A stretch of DNA of 64,000 bases from Podarcis muralis (GCF_964188315.1 NC_135668.1:5766001-5830000); one strand, 5' to 3'; shown: positions 36,960 to 48,330, counted from the stretch's first letter. Notes: generated from the letters alone by a model not told the origin. Numbers and translations are program-made.

Positions 36960-37800
36960 GGGTCCCTGGACCAGATGGCCGGGAGGTTGCCTGCTCTTGA
37001 TGGGACAGGGATAGCCTAACGTCTGTTGTCTGTGCTCTGGTAACCTCAAGGTTAGATAACAGTAATATGTTATACTTAGGGCTGCCTCTGCAGATGGTTC
37101 AGAAACTTCAGCTAGTGAAGGATTTAGCAGCCTGGTTGCTCACTGGGGCAAGACAGGTTGAGCATATTACACCTACAGTGGTGCCTCGCAAGACGAAAAT
37201 AATCCGTTCCGCGAGTCTCTTCGTCTAGCGGTTTTTTCGTCTTGCAAAGCAACCCTATTAGCGGATTAGCGGATTAGCGCTATTAGCGGTTTAGCGGCTA
37301 TTAAAGGCTTAGCGGCTTAGCGGCTAAAAGGCTATTAGCGGCTTAGCGGCTTAGAAAAAGGGGGGGGGGGGAGTGGAAAAAAATCGCAAGACTCGCAAGA
37401 CGTTTTCGTCTTGCGAAGCAAGCCCATAGGGAAAATCGTCTTGCGAAGCAACTCAAAAACGGAAAACCCTTTCATCTAGCGGGTTTTTCATCTTGCGAGG
37501 CATTCGTCTTGCGGGGCACCACTGTATTCTGGCCCGGCTGCACTGACTTCCAGGCCCAATTCAAAGTGCTGGTTTTGACCTAGAAAGCCTTGAATAGCTC
37601 AGGACTGCAATACCTCAAGGACCGCCTTTCTCCATATGAACTGACCTGGACCCTGCAGTCATCACATGAGGCCCTTCTTTGTGTGCCTCCTCTGTGAGAA
37701 GTCTGGCAACACGAGAACAGACCTTTTCTGCAGTGGCTCCCCGTTTGTGGAATGCACTTCATTACACGCCTTTAGGCGCCAGGCAAAAATACCCTCTTCA
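36960..37800 (+). mobile_element. Old L2 fragment interrupted by a MITE
   Basis: …cagaaacttcagctagtg…gagcatattacaccta|ttctggcccggctgcactga…gaccttttctgcagtggctccccgtttgtggaatgc; degenerate LQLV..AA…EHITPILARLH.LP motifs. Confidence 0.75.
37176..37524. mobile_element. Tc1/mariner MITE with TA TSD, nested in L2
   Basis: TIR CAGTGGTGCCTCGCAAGACGAA / TTCGTCTTGCGGGGCACCACTG, with TA at 37174-37175 and 37525-37526. Confidence 0.92.
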
Positions 37801-38008
37801 ACCAGGCCTTTGGCTGACTAACAACCTATATCCTTTTAGATGCCAGTGTCAGCTTAGATGGAGCTCAAGGAGAAGAGGCCAGGGAGCCACCCCCAGGAAG
37901 GCCCTTTCACAAATCACAGGACCACGAACCACAATAGTGCTTAGTCACTGCAAGAAGAGTGTGCAGCTAGATAGCCCTTTGGTCTGATCCAACAGCATGT
38001 TATATATA

Positions 38009-38330
38009 AAAGATAAGGACCCCCTGGACAGTTAAGTCCAGTAAAAGGCGACTATGGGGTTGCGTCGCTCATCTCGCTTTTCAGGCCGAGGGTGCCAGCG
38101 TTTGTCCACAGCTTTTCGGGTCATATGGCCAACGGGACTAAATCACTTCTGTTGCAACAGGACACTGTGATGGAAGCCAGAGTACACAGAAATGCCATTT
38201 ACCTTCCCACCGCAATGGTACCTATTTATCTACTAGCACCGGTGTGTTTTCGAACTGCTGGGTTGGCAGGAGCTGGGACAGAGCAACGGGAGCTCACCAC
38301 CATTGCACAGATTTGAACCACGAAGACCTT
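38009..38330 (-). mobile_element. Sauria SINE, diverged, 5'-truncated
   Basis: aaggaccccctggacagttaagtcc…cctatttatctact…cgaactgctgggttggcaggagctgggacagagcaacgggagctcacc. Confidence 0.85.
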
Positions 38331-39760
38331 TTCCTGTTCTTCAAAACAGAGAAGTAATGGCACCATCCCACTGCCTCCAGTGCTTCAGAAAGTGGTTTTC
38401 CTTCACCCTTTTGCCCTAATGAGACTGGGCAAGTCACTGTAGCTATTGCTTTGGGGGCAAACAAAAGTAAATAGGATCCTATTAAAAATGGGAAGCTTAG
38501 CACAAAAGAGTGGGGGGAACCACACCAAACTCCGATTCAATAAACATCAGAAGAGGTTCTATCCATGGATAATTAACTCTGATGTCTTTCTAAAAACGAG
38601 AATAATTGAAAACAGGGGTTTAAAGTTGATTCATGGAGGCTTCCCCAAGATATTTATTATTGCAAGCTCAGAAGATCTGTCTGGGTTCTGTCACTGGGGA
38701 TGGCTAAACTTGGTGTCCAGATGTTTGTTTAAGTTTCTCCCACATAGTTCTGAAGTCCGTTAGCAGGGGGTTATCAGGGAGCAGGCCCTGCGAATCTTCC
38801 TTGACTAATATTCTCATTTCTTCCGCAACTTTGATGTTTTCTTTCATTAAAATTCCTGGCCCTTTGCCACACACACCAAAAAAAAACTGCTTGGCTTGCA
38901 AAAAGAGAGGCCTGCAGACATGACATACGACCGAAGAAAGCTAATATTTATCATCAGCTGTCATTAAAGCCTCGCTATAATTGGTGTGGTGACAATCAGA
39001 ACAGCTTAAAATGGACCAAAAAAAAATTAAGGGAAAAAGGTGGTGCATAACGACACAAGTCAGAAAAAGGTGTCCACCAAATTAATTGGGAGTTAGCAAA
39101 TTCCTGCACTTTATTTTTTAAAAGGAAAAGAAAAAGCAAGACAAGAGTATAACTATGACGCTGAGAGGGGGTGAATTCAGGGCGCCATTGATGGTGGATG
39201 GAGAAATCTCACTCTCAAAAACTGAGGCGCAACCGATCATGACAGCCTCCTGGGCAAGTCCCACATGAGAGAGCCTGGCTGTGGCAGGGCAGGAGTGTAG
39301 GGGTGTTGCACATGTGTGCATGCATGAGAAATGGACAGAGGTTCACAAGCATTTTCATTGGCTAAAACATTCTTGGGGAGGGGGTTATCTGCAATTCGTA
39401 GAAACCAGCCTTATAACACAGCCTATTTCTTACTCATAAACTTTGTTATTAATTGAAAACTGTAATGCACCAAATTTGCTCACAAATGCATCCATGTCGA
39501 ACGGTACTGAACAGGGGGGAGGAGCCCCCATTGCAGACAGCAAACATCGTAGTCAAGAAGAGCACAAGGAGGAAACGCTGCAAAGTTAATGGGACTCCAG
39601 GAGAGTTCAGTGGAGAGCATGGAGGGCAGCAGGTAGGAAGAGGAAACAGGGTGAGGGGGGAATAAGTAGGGGGGGGTGCAGCAGAATTACAGGGCAAAAG
39701 AAAGACGGGCAAGAGGACTTGGACCTCTCCCACTGTTTTGAACAGAGGTACACTTTGGGT

Positions 39761-40111
39761 AGGGACGCGGGTGGCGCTGTGGGTTAAACCACAGAGCCTA
39801 GGACTTGCCGATCAAAAGGTTGGCGGTTTGAATCCCCGCGACGGGGTGAGCTCCCGTTGCTTGGTCCCTGCTCCTGCCAACCTAGCAGTTCGAAAGCACG
39901 TCAAAGTGCAAGTAGATAAATAGGTACCACTCCAGCGGGAAGGTCAACGGCGTTTCCGTGCACTGCTCTGGTTCGCCAGAAGCGGCTTAGTCATGCTGGC
40001 CACATGACCCGGAAGCTGTACACCGGCTCCCTTGGCCAATAAAGCGAGATGAGCGCCACAACCCCAGAGTCCGCCACGACTGGACCTAATGGTCAGGGGT
40101 CCCTCTACCTT
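39761..40111 (+). mobile_element. Sauria SINE, full length, with TSD
   Basis: GGGACGCGGGTGGCGCTGTGG head and ACCTTT tail. 12-bp TSD TACACTTTGGGT at 39749-39760 and 40112-40123. Confidence 0.95.
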
Positions 40112-40943
40112 TACACTTTGGGTGGACTAAGACGTGCTTCTCCCAAGGCCCCCTGCTCTCCCAGCAGCCCAATGGCAACACTTTCACTGACTTTAAGGAG
40201 CCCAGAGTGCACTTTTGTTGATGCATTTAAGATTTTAAACTATGTTACACCCCAGAGCAGATTCCACCACCATTAGAAAGCCTGACAACATTTAATATAA
40301 AGTATATCTTCAAAGGAGCGTAGTGCTACAAAATTAATCTGGTGTTCACCATTTTAGGCAAAGGTGGTGGCAAAGAAAGAACCATGTTTTCCATGTGTAA
40401 TCTTTCTCTCTCACACACATCAAGAATCTTCTCTGGACTAGATGGTGGGAAGTAGGCAGCTTTGAAGGCAACCGCATTTAAGATGTGATGAGGGTCACTC
40501 CCCCAAGGCAGTGTCTCAAATGAGGCCCCTCTTTCACTGCACCTGACTGCCATTAAGAGGCTAGAAGCAAGTGCTTGGGTGATGCAGAACAAGTCTAAGC
40601 AGAGGGCCATAGCCTAACAAGTCCTACTCAGAGTAGATCCATGGGAATTAATGAGCCTAAATTAGTCATGTCCATTAACTTCAATGGTTCTATGTGGAGT
40701 AGGATTAGTACTGGATTCTACTACACTGGGGGTCACATGTCAAACTGAGTATGTAGCCAATGTGTAAAGGGGGACAGGGACTTTTTTTTTGAAGGGCAAA
40801 TGGTGGGGTGTCACAAAACCATTCTGGCATCATTGATACACAGTAGGGGGCCTGTGGGTGAGGCCAGTGAGTAAAGGACTTAAAAAAATTAAATGGTCAA
40901 TCCCGACCAGAGACGAATGGTTGATGAAGATGATGGACTATGC

Positions 40944-41259
40944 CAGGGGTCAGCAAACTTTTTCAGCAGGGGGCCGGTCCACTGTCCCTTAGACCTTGTG
41001 GGGGGCCGGACTATATTTTTTTTGGGGGGGGGGAATGAATGAATTCCTATGCCCCACAAATAACCCAGAGATGCTTTTAAAATAAAAGCACACATTCTAC
41101 TCATATAAAAACACCAGGCAGGCCCCACAAATAACCCAGAGATGCATAAAAGGACACATTCTACTCATGTAAAAACACGCTGATTCCCGGACCGTCTGTG
41201 GGCCAGATTTAGGTGATTGGTCCGGATCCAGCCCCCGGACCATAGTTTGCCTACCCATG
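40944..41259 (+). mobile_element. hAT MITE with 8-bp TSD
   Basis: CAGGGGTCAGCAAACT…AGTTTGCCTACCCATG. TSD GACTATGC at 40936-40943 and 41260-41267. Internal ~71-bp tandem duplication. Confidence 0.92.
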
Positions 41260-42064
41260 GACTATGCCGAAATGGAAACACACACACATAATTAAAATTA
41301 AAAATTTGAAGTGGCTTGGGAGGTCACAAAAAACCTTTTGACCATTGTCTCACAGCAGGAGACTTGAAGCAGTAAAAAGACCTTTCAATATTAACTTTTG
41401 TTTTTGTTTTTTTAAGACAAATTGGGGTGAGGGTCTTGAGGAGGTGCAAAATAACCTCTTGAGGGGGTAGCTGCATCCCATGGGCAGGTTAGCCATCCCC
41501 ACACTTTAGCCAACAGAGGAAGTTGCCTTCACTAGTGCATCTAGCTCATGACCTGCTACGCTGGCAAGCTGAGGTTCCCCAGGGCTTCAAACAGGGAGAC
41601 TCACACAACCCCATGGAGATGCTGTGATTGAACCAGGATCTTCTGCCTGCCAATCATGTGTACTAACACTGTGCTATGAGCCTTTGCCACAGTCCCAAGG
41701 GCTCTATCTAACCCCACCTCCCAACAGTGGCTCCATCAAAGTTTAATCAGGAGGCAGCAAAAGGAAACCTGCAGAACTGAACTGGACATACTCTGAGAAG
41801 GTGAAGGACTATGACTGATCTGCCTCTTGAGTCACTTCCTGCCTCTGAATGCCTTCATTCCACCCCAGCACATGTGCCTCATACCTGCAGCACTCCTAGA
41901 GACTACTGATCTGCAAAGGGTTGGATCTTCTCTTCTCCACAGCAAATATCTAGAGAGCAGAGATGTACACTTCTTCCCTCCCCCCGCCCCCTGGTTTGGT
42001 CAGCCCTGATCCAGGAGATGCCTTCACAGGCAGTGCAACTAACTGACGGCGAGGTATTTTAACC

Positions 42065-42115
42065 CTGACATCACAAGGAGACACACACTGAAACATGCTG
42101 CTCCTGAATTTTAAT
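42065..42115 (-). terminator. Candidate POLR2M polyadenylation signal
   Basis: ATTAAA on the minus strand (42115-42110) followed by a GT-rich tract (TGTTTCAGTGTGTGTCTCCTTGTGATG), about 455 nt after the stop. Confidence 0.5.
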
Positions 42116-42569
42116 GCCACATAGAAAAATATAGAAACACAACACTTGTATTTTTAAATAGAAAATATTTGTAATCTTTTACACAAGTTAACAAATCCTA
42201 CATTTGTTTGGAATCAGTCAAAGACTAGAAGGCAGAGACTTGGCTGCTCTTGCATCCGCTGCCTCCCCCTTTTACATGGGGGGCACAGCAGACTCAGTAT
42301 GCCCCTGCACAAACCCAACTGAGGCAGGCCACTGTGGACTGCTGCTTCTATGACTTACAAGCTTTCAAAATGCACCAGCTTCTTTGGCAAGCAACAGAAA
42401 AGGGAACAGGGGATCTGGAAACCTCTGCAGCACTCTGGTTAATCCAGGGCCTCCGCAGGTGAGCACTCCTAACGTCCTTGGGCAAAGATGTAGCAGCCCA
42501 CAAGAGCAAAAAGCACTGCGATCCTTCTGAGTCTTCGCCCAGGCATCCGCTGCAGATTCTGCCTTGCAC

Positions 42570-42710
42570 TCAGTCTTCAGCCGAGCTGTAGCATTCCTCG
42601 TCCCTCACTTCTCTGTAGTTGCCCAGCGTCTCCCCCTCTGGCTCATAGCTGGCCATCTGAGGGCCTAGTCTGCCTGCAAGCTTCTGGGCTGCAAGTTTGG
42701 CTAGCATTTC
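42570..42710 (-). CDS. POLR2M: POLR2M terminal coding exon 4 (46 aa + stop)
   Basis: Acceptor TTTTTATAG|GAA. Manual translation gives [46 protein letters not shown], with TGA at 42572-42570. Confidence 0.95.
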   Translation of the reverse strand, partial: EMLAKLAAQKLAGRLGPQMASYEPEGETLGNYREVRDEECYSSAED

Positions 42711-42961
42711 CTATAAAAACAGAGAAGAGAAAACATTTACTGAAAGTGAGTAAATGCTAGGGTGGTCCCTAGGCCCAACAGAAACACACCAGAGAAAGCC
42801 ATATACTATGAGCTGCCCACAGAATCCCCTGGTATCGAGGCGCAGTGCCATGCTGGAAAGAAAGGCAGTGGAGAAGAGGAGTGGGGGGAACAAGACTGTC
42901 ATTCACAGTCCAAAAGCAACTTTGCCACATTGTGCTGAACACTGGGAAGTATTTGGACACA

Positions 42962-43012
<51 letters not shown>

Positions 43013-46000
43013 GCAGAACAAGCTGGTGAAGGGGACCCTAAGGACAAAAAGCCCAGTGCAAGCAGGTAGGCGGAGAGGGAGATCCAGTCCTCTCTTTTCT
43101 CTGGCATCCTTAACCACTGAGTTTCAACACCAGTGTATTAATTCATGAACTTGAAGAAAGAAAGAGACATCATAGAGCAAACTAGCTGTTAAATGCTGGA
43201 AGTAATTGTCCTTTACAGGCGAACTGCACTTCAGGCGAAGGTGTTCAGAGAAAAAAATCAACTCTGGCTGATGTTTATCTAGCTGAGTCTACAAATCCAA
43301 GATGGTATGACATTATATGTAATTTAATTACAGACAAACCGTCCCAAGTTGTTTATTAACATCACAATAAGCAAAAGAAAACAAAGCAGAGCGTGACAGG
43401 ACAGTGTTAATTTAGTGCCTGATACTCTTCTGTATTCATTCCATTCTCACCTGCATTTCAATTAAATTAAGGCTTGCAAGTAAATTAAGTGGATGTGCAT
43501 ATGAAAAAGATTCATAACTCAAATTCAGCATGTAGAATTTCAAAGCTGTGCAAAACTGGCTTATTTGCAATCTGCGTATTTTTACTTGTAAGTCAACATG
43601 AGTTTGATTGCAATCACAGACAAATGGGGAATAAATATCAAAATAAATAAGCGAAGTTTGCTCTGAACATTTCTATTCAGAACATTCCTATCCAAGTGTT
43701 TTTAGAAAGCAGCATCTTTTGGGTGAAGTTGAATACTGGTACTACTGAGCCAGGCCATTGATCCATATGGCCAAGTACTGCCTCCTCTGACTGGCAAGTT
43801 TTCCAATATCTCAGGCAGAAACAAGAACAGCCCTGCAGCAGCTGCATGAGGCCAAAAGGCGCTCATCTAGTCCAGCATCCTCTTCTGATAGTGGCCTGCA
43901 AGGTTCCCATTATGGGAAGCCACAAGAACTGGGCACAACAGCACTCAGCAGCTGGCTTGCAGAGCATACTGCCTCTAACAGGGGGCCTAAAACACAGCCA
44001 TCTTGACTAGTAGCAATGGACAAGTCTTATCCTACATGAATTAGTCTCTCTTATAGCCACCAAAATTGATAGCCCCCATTACCTACTGTGGGAGTGAGTT
44101 CCATAATCTGATTGTATTTTGCATGTAGAAGTACTTTCTTCTGCTTGTCCTCAACCTTCCCTGCTCCAGCCACACCAGATGACCCCCACTGAGTTCTAGT
44201 ATTATGGGAGAGGGAGACGTTTCCTACCCACCTTTGCCACCTGATGCACAACACGTCTCTCCCACCTCCTGCTACCTTTCCACTGAGCCTGCACATTCTG
44301 CAGGATAAGCTGTGCTGTACCACCACCAAGCAATGCATTCTCCCTGATGTTGGTTTGGGGCTGGGGCTGGACCTCGTGCCTCCCTTCTTTCCTCTGTCCT
44401 CCACAGCCCAAGGCAAAGCAAAAGTACTGAAGCCTCTTTGCCACCACAAGCTGTTCTAAATCTGGGGTCAAGGAGTTCCCTCCATGGAACAAAATCCTAG
44501 CAGACACTTCTCCCCCTCCACCACCCCAATCTGCATGTCCCCATAATATGTAACAGGAGCTCATGCAAAGCACCAGTGCTTTCATCCATACCTCATAAGC
44601 TTCCTTTTGTTGGATCTGAATCGCTATTGAATCTTCTAGGGATAGCAGCTGCGTAGGCTCGTGATGCAGAGGGGGTAACCGAGCGGCTGTGATGTCATCC
44701 AAGTGCTTCTTATCTCTGTGGCGTCTTTCCTCTGCAGAAAGGGAAGAGGGGGGACCTCTAGGTGAAGGGATATCTGGGGAGCCACAAGACGATCCACTCG
44801 ACTCAGCCAGCAATCTAGAAGAAACCAAGAGCACAACTCATGAAATGCCTCCCGGCCCTCTGGCACATAAATTGCTCCTTCCTTCCCTCCATTCCTATTC
44901 CACTCTGAAATGTCAGGTTTGGACAAGTTTGAGGCTAACATCTGATGCTCAGGGAAGCTTCCTCAGTTGTGCTTGCACAGAAGAGTGGGGTCATGAAGCA
45001 ATCAAGGAATTGAAATGACCCCCATCTTGCTCTATCCCAAGGATAGAGGACTGAAACACTTTGTATTCTCATATAGGCCTCCACGGCAGAGAAAATGGCA
45101 GCTCTGGTCAGGTGGCAGCTGCTGCCTGGTTTCCTTCAAGTCCACCTGGCATTGGGCCAAGAGAGAATTTAGGGGTCTCTGAGTGGAAGAGACCCCTGTG
45201 ACTCTGCACTGCTTGGGCTAAGCTCCCCCTGCATTCGGGAAAGGGCCATAGCTTGGTGGTTTTGAATTGCATTGCAGGGGCTGGACTAGACGATCCTAGG
45301 GAGTAGCTTCCACCTCTACAATTCTATGATTCTAATGTATCACAGCAAATAATAACTATTTTATAATCCTACCTTTAAAAAATATTTATTCCCCAAAATA
45401 TGCATCATAAACTTCCCAGTATGCATAAAACATACCCCCACTTGTGGTTATAGCAAAAGCTCTCTCTGCGAGAGCGCGTTTCCTACAATACTCACACATT
45501 AGCTTTAAATTTGCTTCTTTTTGCCACAGGGTTCTTCGCTCTCAGTTCCAGCACTTCCATGTAATGTGGAGTTTTGGGTGGTGTGTTTGGAAAGTTCTGA
45601 AAAGCACGGCCTTTACAGTCAAAACTCTGCCCATTTTCAGAGTTCTCCCCACTCTCTCCCCCTCCAACTGAAATTCTTTCGAAGGCATCCACCAGTGCTT
45701 CACTGCTGCTGCTTGCTGCTTGTGCTGGATTTTCAGCTTTGTCTAGAGAATTCTGCTTGGGAGCCTCCTGAGCATCTTTTGGAAGCCTGGCTATTGACAC
45801 CTCCAAAACATTTTTGCTTCCCTGAGGAAAACTGGTGTCCTCAGGGGCTTGTCCTACTAATGCACTTCTGTTTCCTTTGCTTCTTTTCTTGGTCCAGACA
45901 CTTTGCTTGTTCTGCAGAGATGATTCAATCTCATTGTAGTGACGTTCAGAAATAAGAGGTGGGTCTTGCCATGTTGACTTGTTACTGACAACCCCTTTTT

Positions 46001-47733
46001 GTTTGCTAGATTTGATTGCCTCTTGTTTTTCCTGGAACTCTAATCTAACAGCAGATAGAAGCTCAGTTGTTCTCTGCAGCTCTTCCTCTTGTGCAATGGC
46101 AATCTTCAATTTCTCAACGAAGTTGGATATCTTTTTACCTTTATCCGGAAGCCTGGATACAAATTTCCTATAATAGATGTAATTAAGATACACACTAAGT
46201 TAAACAGAATTCAAGGATGAGTTCTAATTCGCATTTTGAATTCCTCTGAAGCCCATTAGCAAACACAGTCTGCTAGTATCCCTTCTATTTGTTTGAGGTT
46301 GTCAAATGCAACAGCATGGTTTTTTCCAGAAGATTTTCTGGGGGAAATTGTTTGCGTAATAAAATCTTTTTATGTCCTAGAGAACAATCTAATTAAGCAT
46401 GTCTATTTTACTTGTATTTAATAAAGAAAACTAAAAATGTTGAAACTACCAAGATTGCCATATTGTACAGTATTTGAAGTTGGCATCATAGGAACATAGG
46501 AAGCTACCTTATACTGAATGAGACTATTCACCTATTTACCGTATTTTTTGCTCTATAAGACTCACTTTTTCCCTCCTAAAAAGTAAGGGGAAATGTGTGT
46601 GCATCTTATGGAGCGAATGCAGGCTGCGCAGCTATCCCAGAAGCCAGAACAGCAAGAGGGATTGCTGCTTTCACTGCGCAGCGATCCCTCTTGCTGTTCT
46701 GGCTTCTGAGATTCAGATTTTTTTCTCTTGTTTTCCTCCTCCAAAAACTAGGTGCGTCTTGTGGTCTGGTGCGTCTTATAGAGCGAAAAAATATGGTAGC
46801 TTGGTACTGTACTCACAGCAGGGTTTCAAGCTGGATTCTCACCTTCCTGCCAGGGACTGTTCTGTATGCAAAACAGATGTTTTTACCACTGAGCCACAGC
46901 CCAACCATTAATGCTGCTAATGAGATAAGGAAATGACCCCCCCCCCACCAGCCTTAACACATAAAACAGGGTAGAGGAGCACATATGATCCTATGTGACA
47001 TTTGGCCACCTTTACTTGGAGCTTTCGTTACTGAAGGGGGAGGGGGAGATCTTCTAACATTTCACAGGTGACAACAGGCATATCAGTGTGCCTGCGGTGT
47101 TTCTATTTTCATATCACATTCAACAACATTTAATTTTTAGATAAAACAGTTTTAGTTGAATTAAAAAACAGCAGCTCACTGGCAGTGTGCCTTTATGTGT
47201 GCAATTTATATGTGACAACCATTTCCATAGAAGCCTCTAGTGTTTCTTTTGTTATTGATGCTGCACAATTTCATTTAGTTTGTCATATCTGAGAAGGACC
47301 TAAAGCACCTGCCTCACATGCAAACATTTCAGTCCTCAGCATCTCCAACAAGGGCTGGCCCAGAATCCCACCTGAAATTCTGGAGAGCTGCCGCTCATCA
47401 GTGAAAAACACAGTGAGCCAGGCAGACCAATGGTTTTATGTCTTAGCCTTTCTCCCTCGTGTGTGTGTGTGTGTTATTTATTGACTGTGAGATGCTTTGA
47501 GGGGCACCAAGTAGCAGGAAACCAGCACGTAAATAACAGCTATTGATCTTCGTAGAAAAGTAGGCAAAGGATACATTTCTGAAATACAATAACAGAAATG
47601 CTTTAAGAGTCCTCGTTCACGTTGGTACCAGAACAAAGGGCTGTGTAAGTTGTTTAAACTGTTCTTATAACTTATAATTGCGTTTCGATGCTGTAATCCG
47701 CCCTGGGGCTTTAGGGTAAAGGGCGGTTTAATA

Positions 47734-47779
<46 letters not shown>

Positions 47780-48036
47780 TCGTTAATACTACTACCACTG
47801 CTACTAATATTGTTTCGGGGTTGAACGGCGCCCCCCGGAAGGCAAAAGCGGAGGGAAGCGCCGCTCTCCAGGGGAAGGGGAACTACTCGCCCCGCCTGAG
47901 CCGCGGAGGGGGAGTCGGCCCAGCCCCTCCTTCCCGCCCCGGCCTCTCACCGGTCCCCCAGCAGCTTCTCCTGCCGACTCAGCATCTCCCGCAGCTCCGG
48001 CAGGCTCCGGCCTCGCAGCTGCTCCGGCGCCGCCAT
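42570..48036 (-). CDS. POLR2M: POLR2M / GRINL1A (Gdown1, RNA polymerase II-associated subunit M); full CDS span, 4 exons, 1122 nt, 373 aa
   Basis: Exons of 86+672+223+141 nt join in frame through GT-AG introns. The protein carries Gdown1 hallmarks: [73 protein letters not shown]. Confidence 0.96.
42957..43010. repeat. Compound (CA)n(GA)n microsatellite in POLR2M intron 3
   Basis: Seen directly in the sequence. Confidence 0.95.
43840..44200 (-). mobile_element. CR1-type LINE 3' fragment in POLR2M intron 3
   Basis: catctagtccagcatcct…gcatactgcctct…gagttccataat…agaagtactttctt, the reverse of a CR1 3' region. Confidence 0.7.
44592..44814 (-). CDS. POLR2M: POLR2M coding exon 3 (223 nt)
   Basis: Acceptor TTTCTTCTAG|A, donor GAG|GTATGG. 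Encodes LLAESSG...[47 protein letters not shown]. Confidence 0.96.
45496..46167 (-). CDS. POLR2M: POLR2M coding exon 2 (672 nt, phase 2-2)
   Basis: Acceptor TATTATAG|G, donor GT|GTGAG. Encodes [22 protein letters not shown]...[25 protein letters not shown] (ORF 45492..46193). Confidence 0.96.
46490..46912 (-). mobile_element. tRNA-derived SINE in POLR2M intron 1, interrupted by a MITE
   Basis: ataggaacataggaagct…cctattta|gcttggtactgt…taccactgagccacagccc. Confidence 0.65.
46539..46796. mobile_element. Tc1/mariner MITE with TA TSD and internal hairpin
   Basis: TA-CCGTATTTTTTGCTCTATAAGAC…GTCTTATAGAGCGAAAAAATATGG-TA. Confidence 0.88.
47732..47779. repeat. (AAT)n microsatellite, tail of an old L2-type 3' end
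   Basis: Follows gtaatccgccctggggctttagggtaaagggcggtt. Confidence 0.9.
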
Positions 48037-48330
48037 GCCTCGCCCGGGGAGGGGAGGCCCGCATGGTCCCGGAGGCAGGAGGAGAGCGGGCGGGGACGGA
48101 CACAGCAGCGGCACCTCCGCCGCTTCCGGCCCCCGCTGGGCGCCGCCATGTTTCCGGAAGCGCCTTACGGCTCCCCAGCGGGGCCAAAACACTTCGGTGG
48201 CGCCTTTACGCCTTCGCTCGCTTCCTAGGCAGCTGTTTCGGCAGGAGCCAGAGAGGCGCTGCTGCAAACGCGTTCCGACGTTTATAGGCTGCTTGGCTCC
48301 TCCTTCTTCTCCCTTATATATAAGTCGGTT
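47800..48330 (-). promoter_or_regulatory. POLR2M CpG-island promoter / 5' region
   Basis: GC- and CpG-dense island in an otherwise CpG-depleted window. Minus-strand TATAAA at 48286-48281, ETS-type TTCCGGAA at 48152-48159, YY1-like ACATGGCGGC at about 48151-48142. Confidence 0.8.
47951..48036 (-). CDS. POLR2M: POLR2M coding exon 1 ([28 protein letters not shown] + CG)
   Basis: ATG at 48036 in context GGC-ATG-G. Donor CG|GTGAG at 47950, phase 2. Lies in a CpG island. Confidence 0.88.

Noticed and set aside
1-42000. ALDH1A2 3' exons expected from mammalian synteny
   Set aside because: I found no ALDH C-terminal motifs (e.g. FGPVQ, GTVWINCY, PFGGFKMSGNGRE) in the ORF track or by eye. The gene probably lies outside the window.
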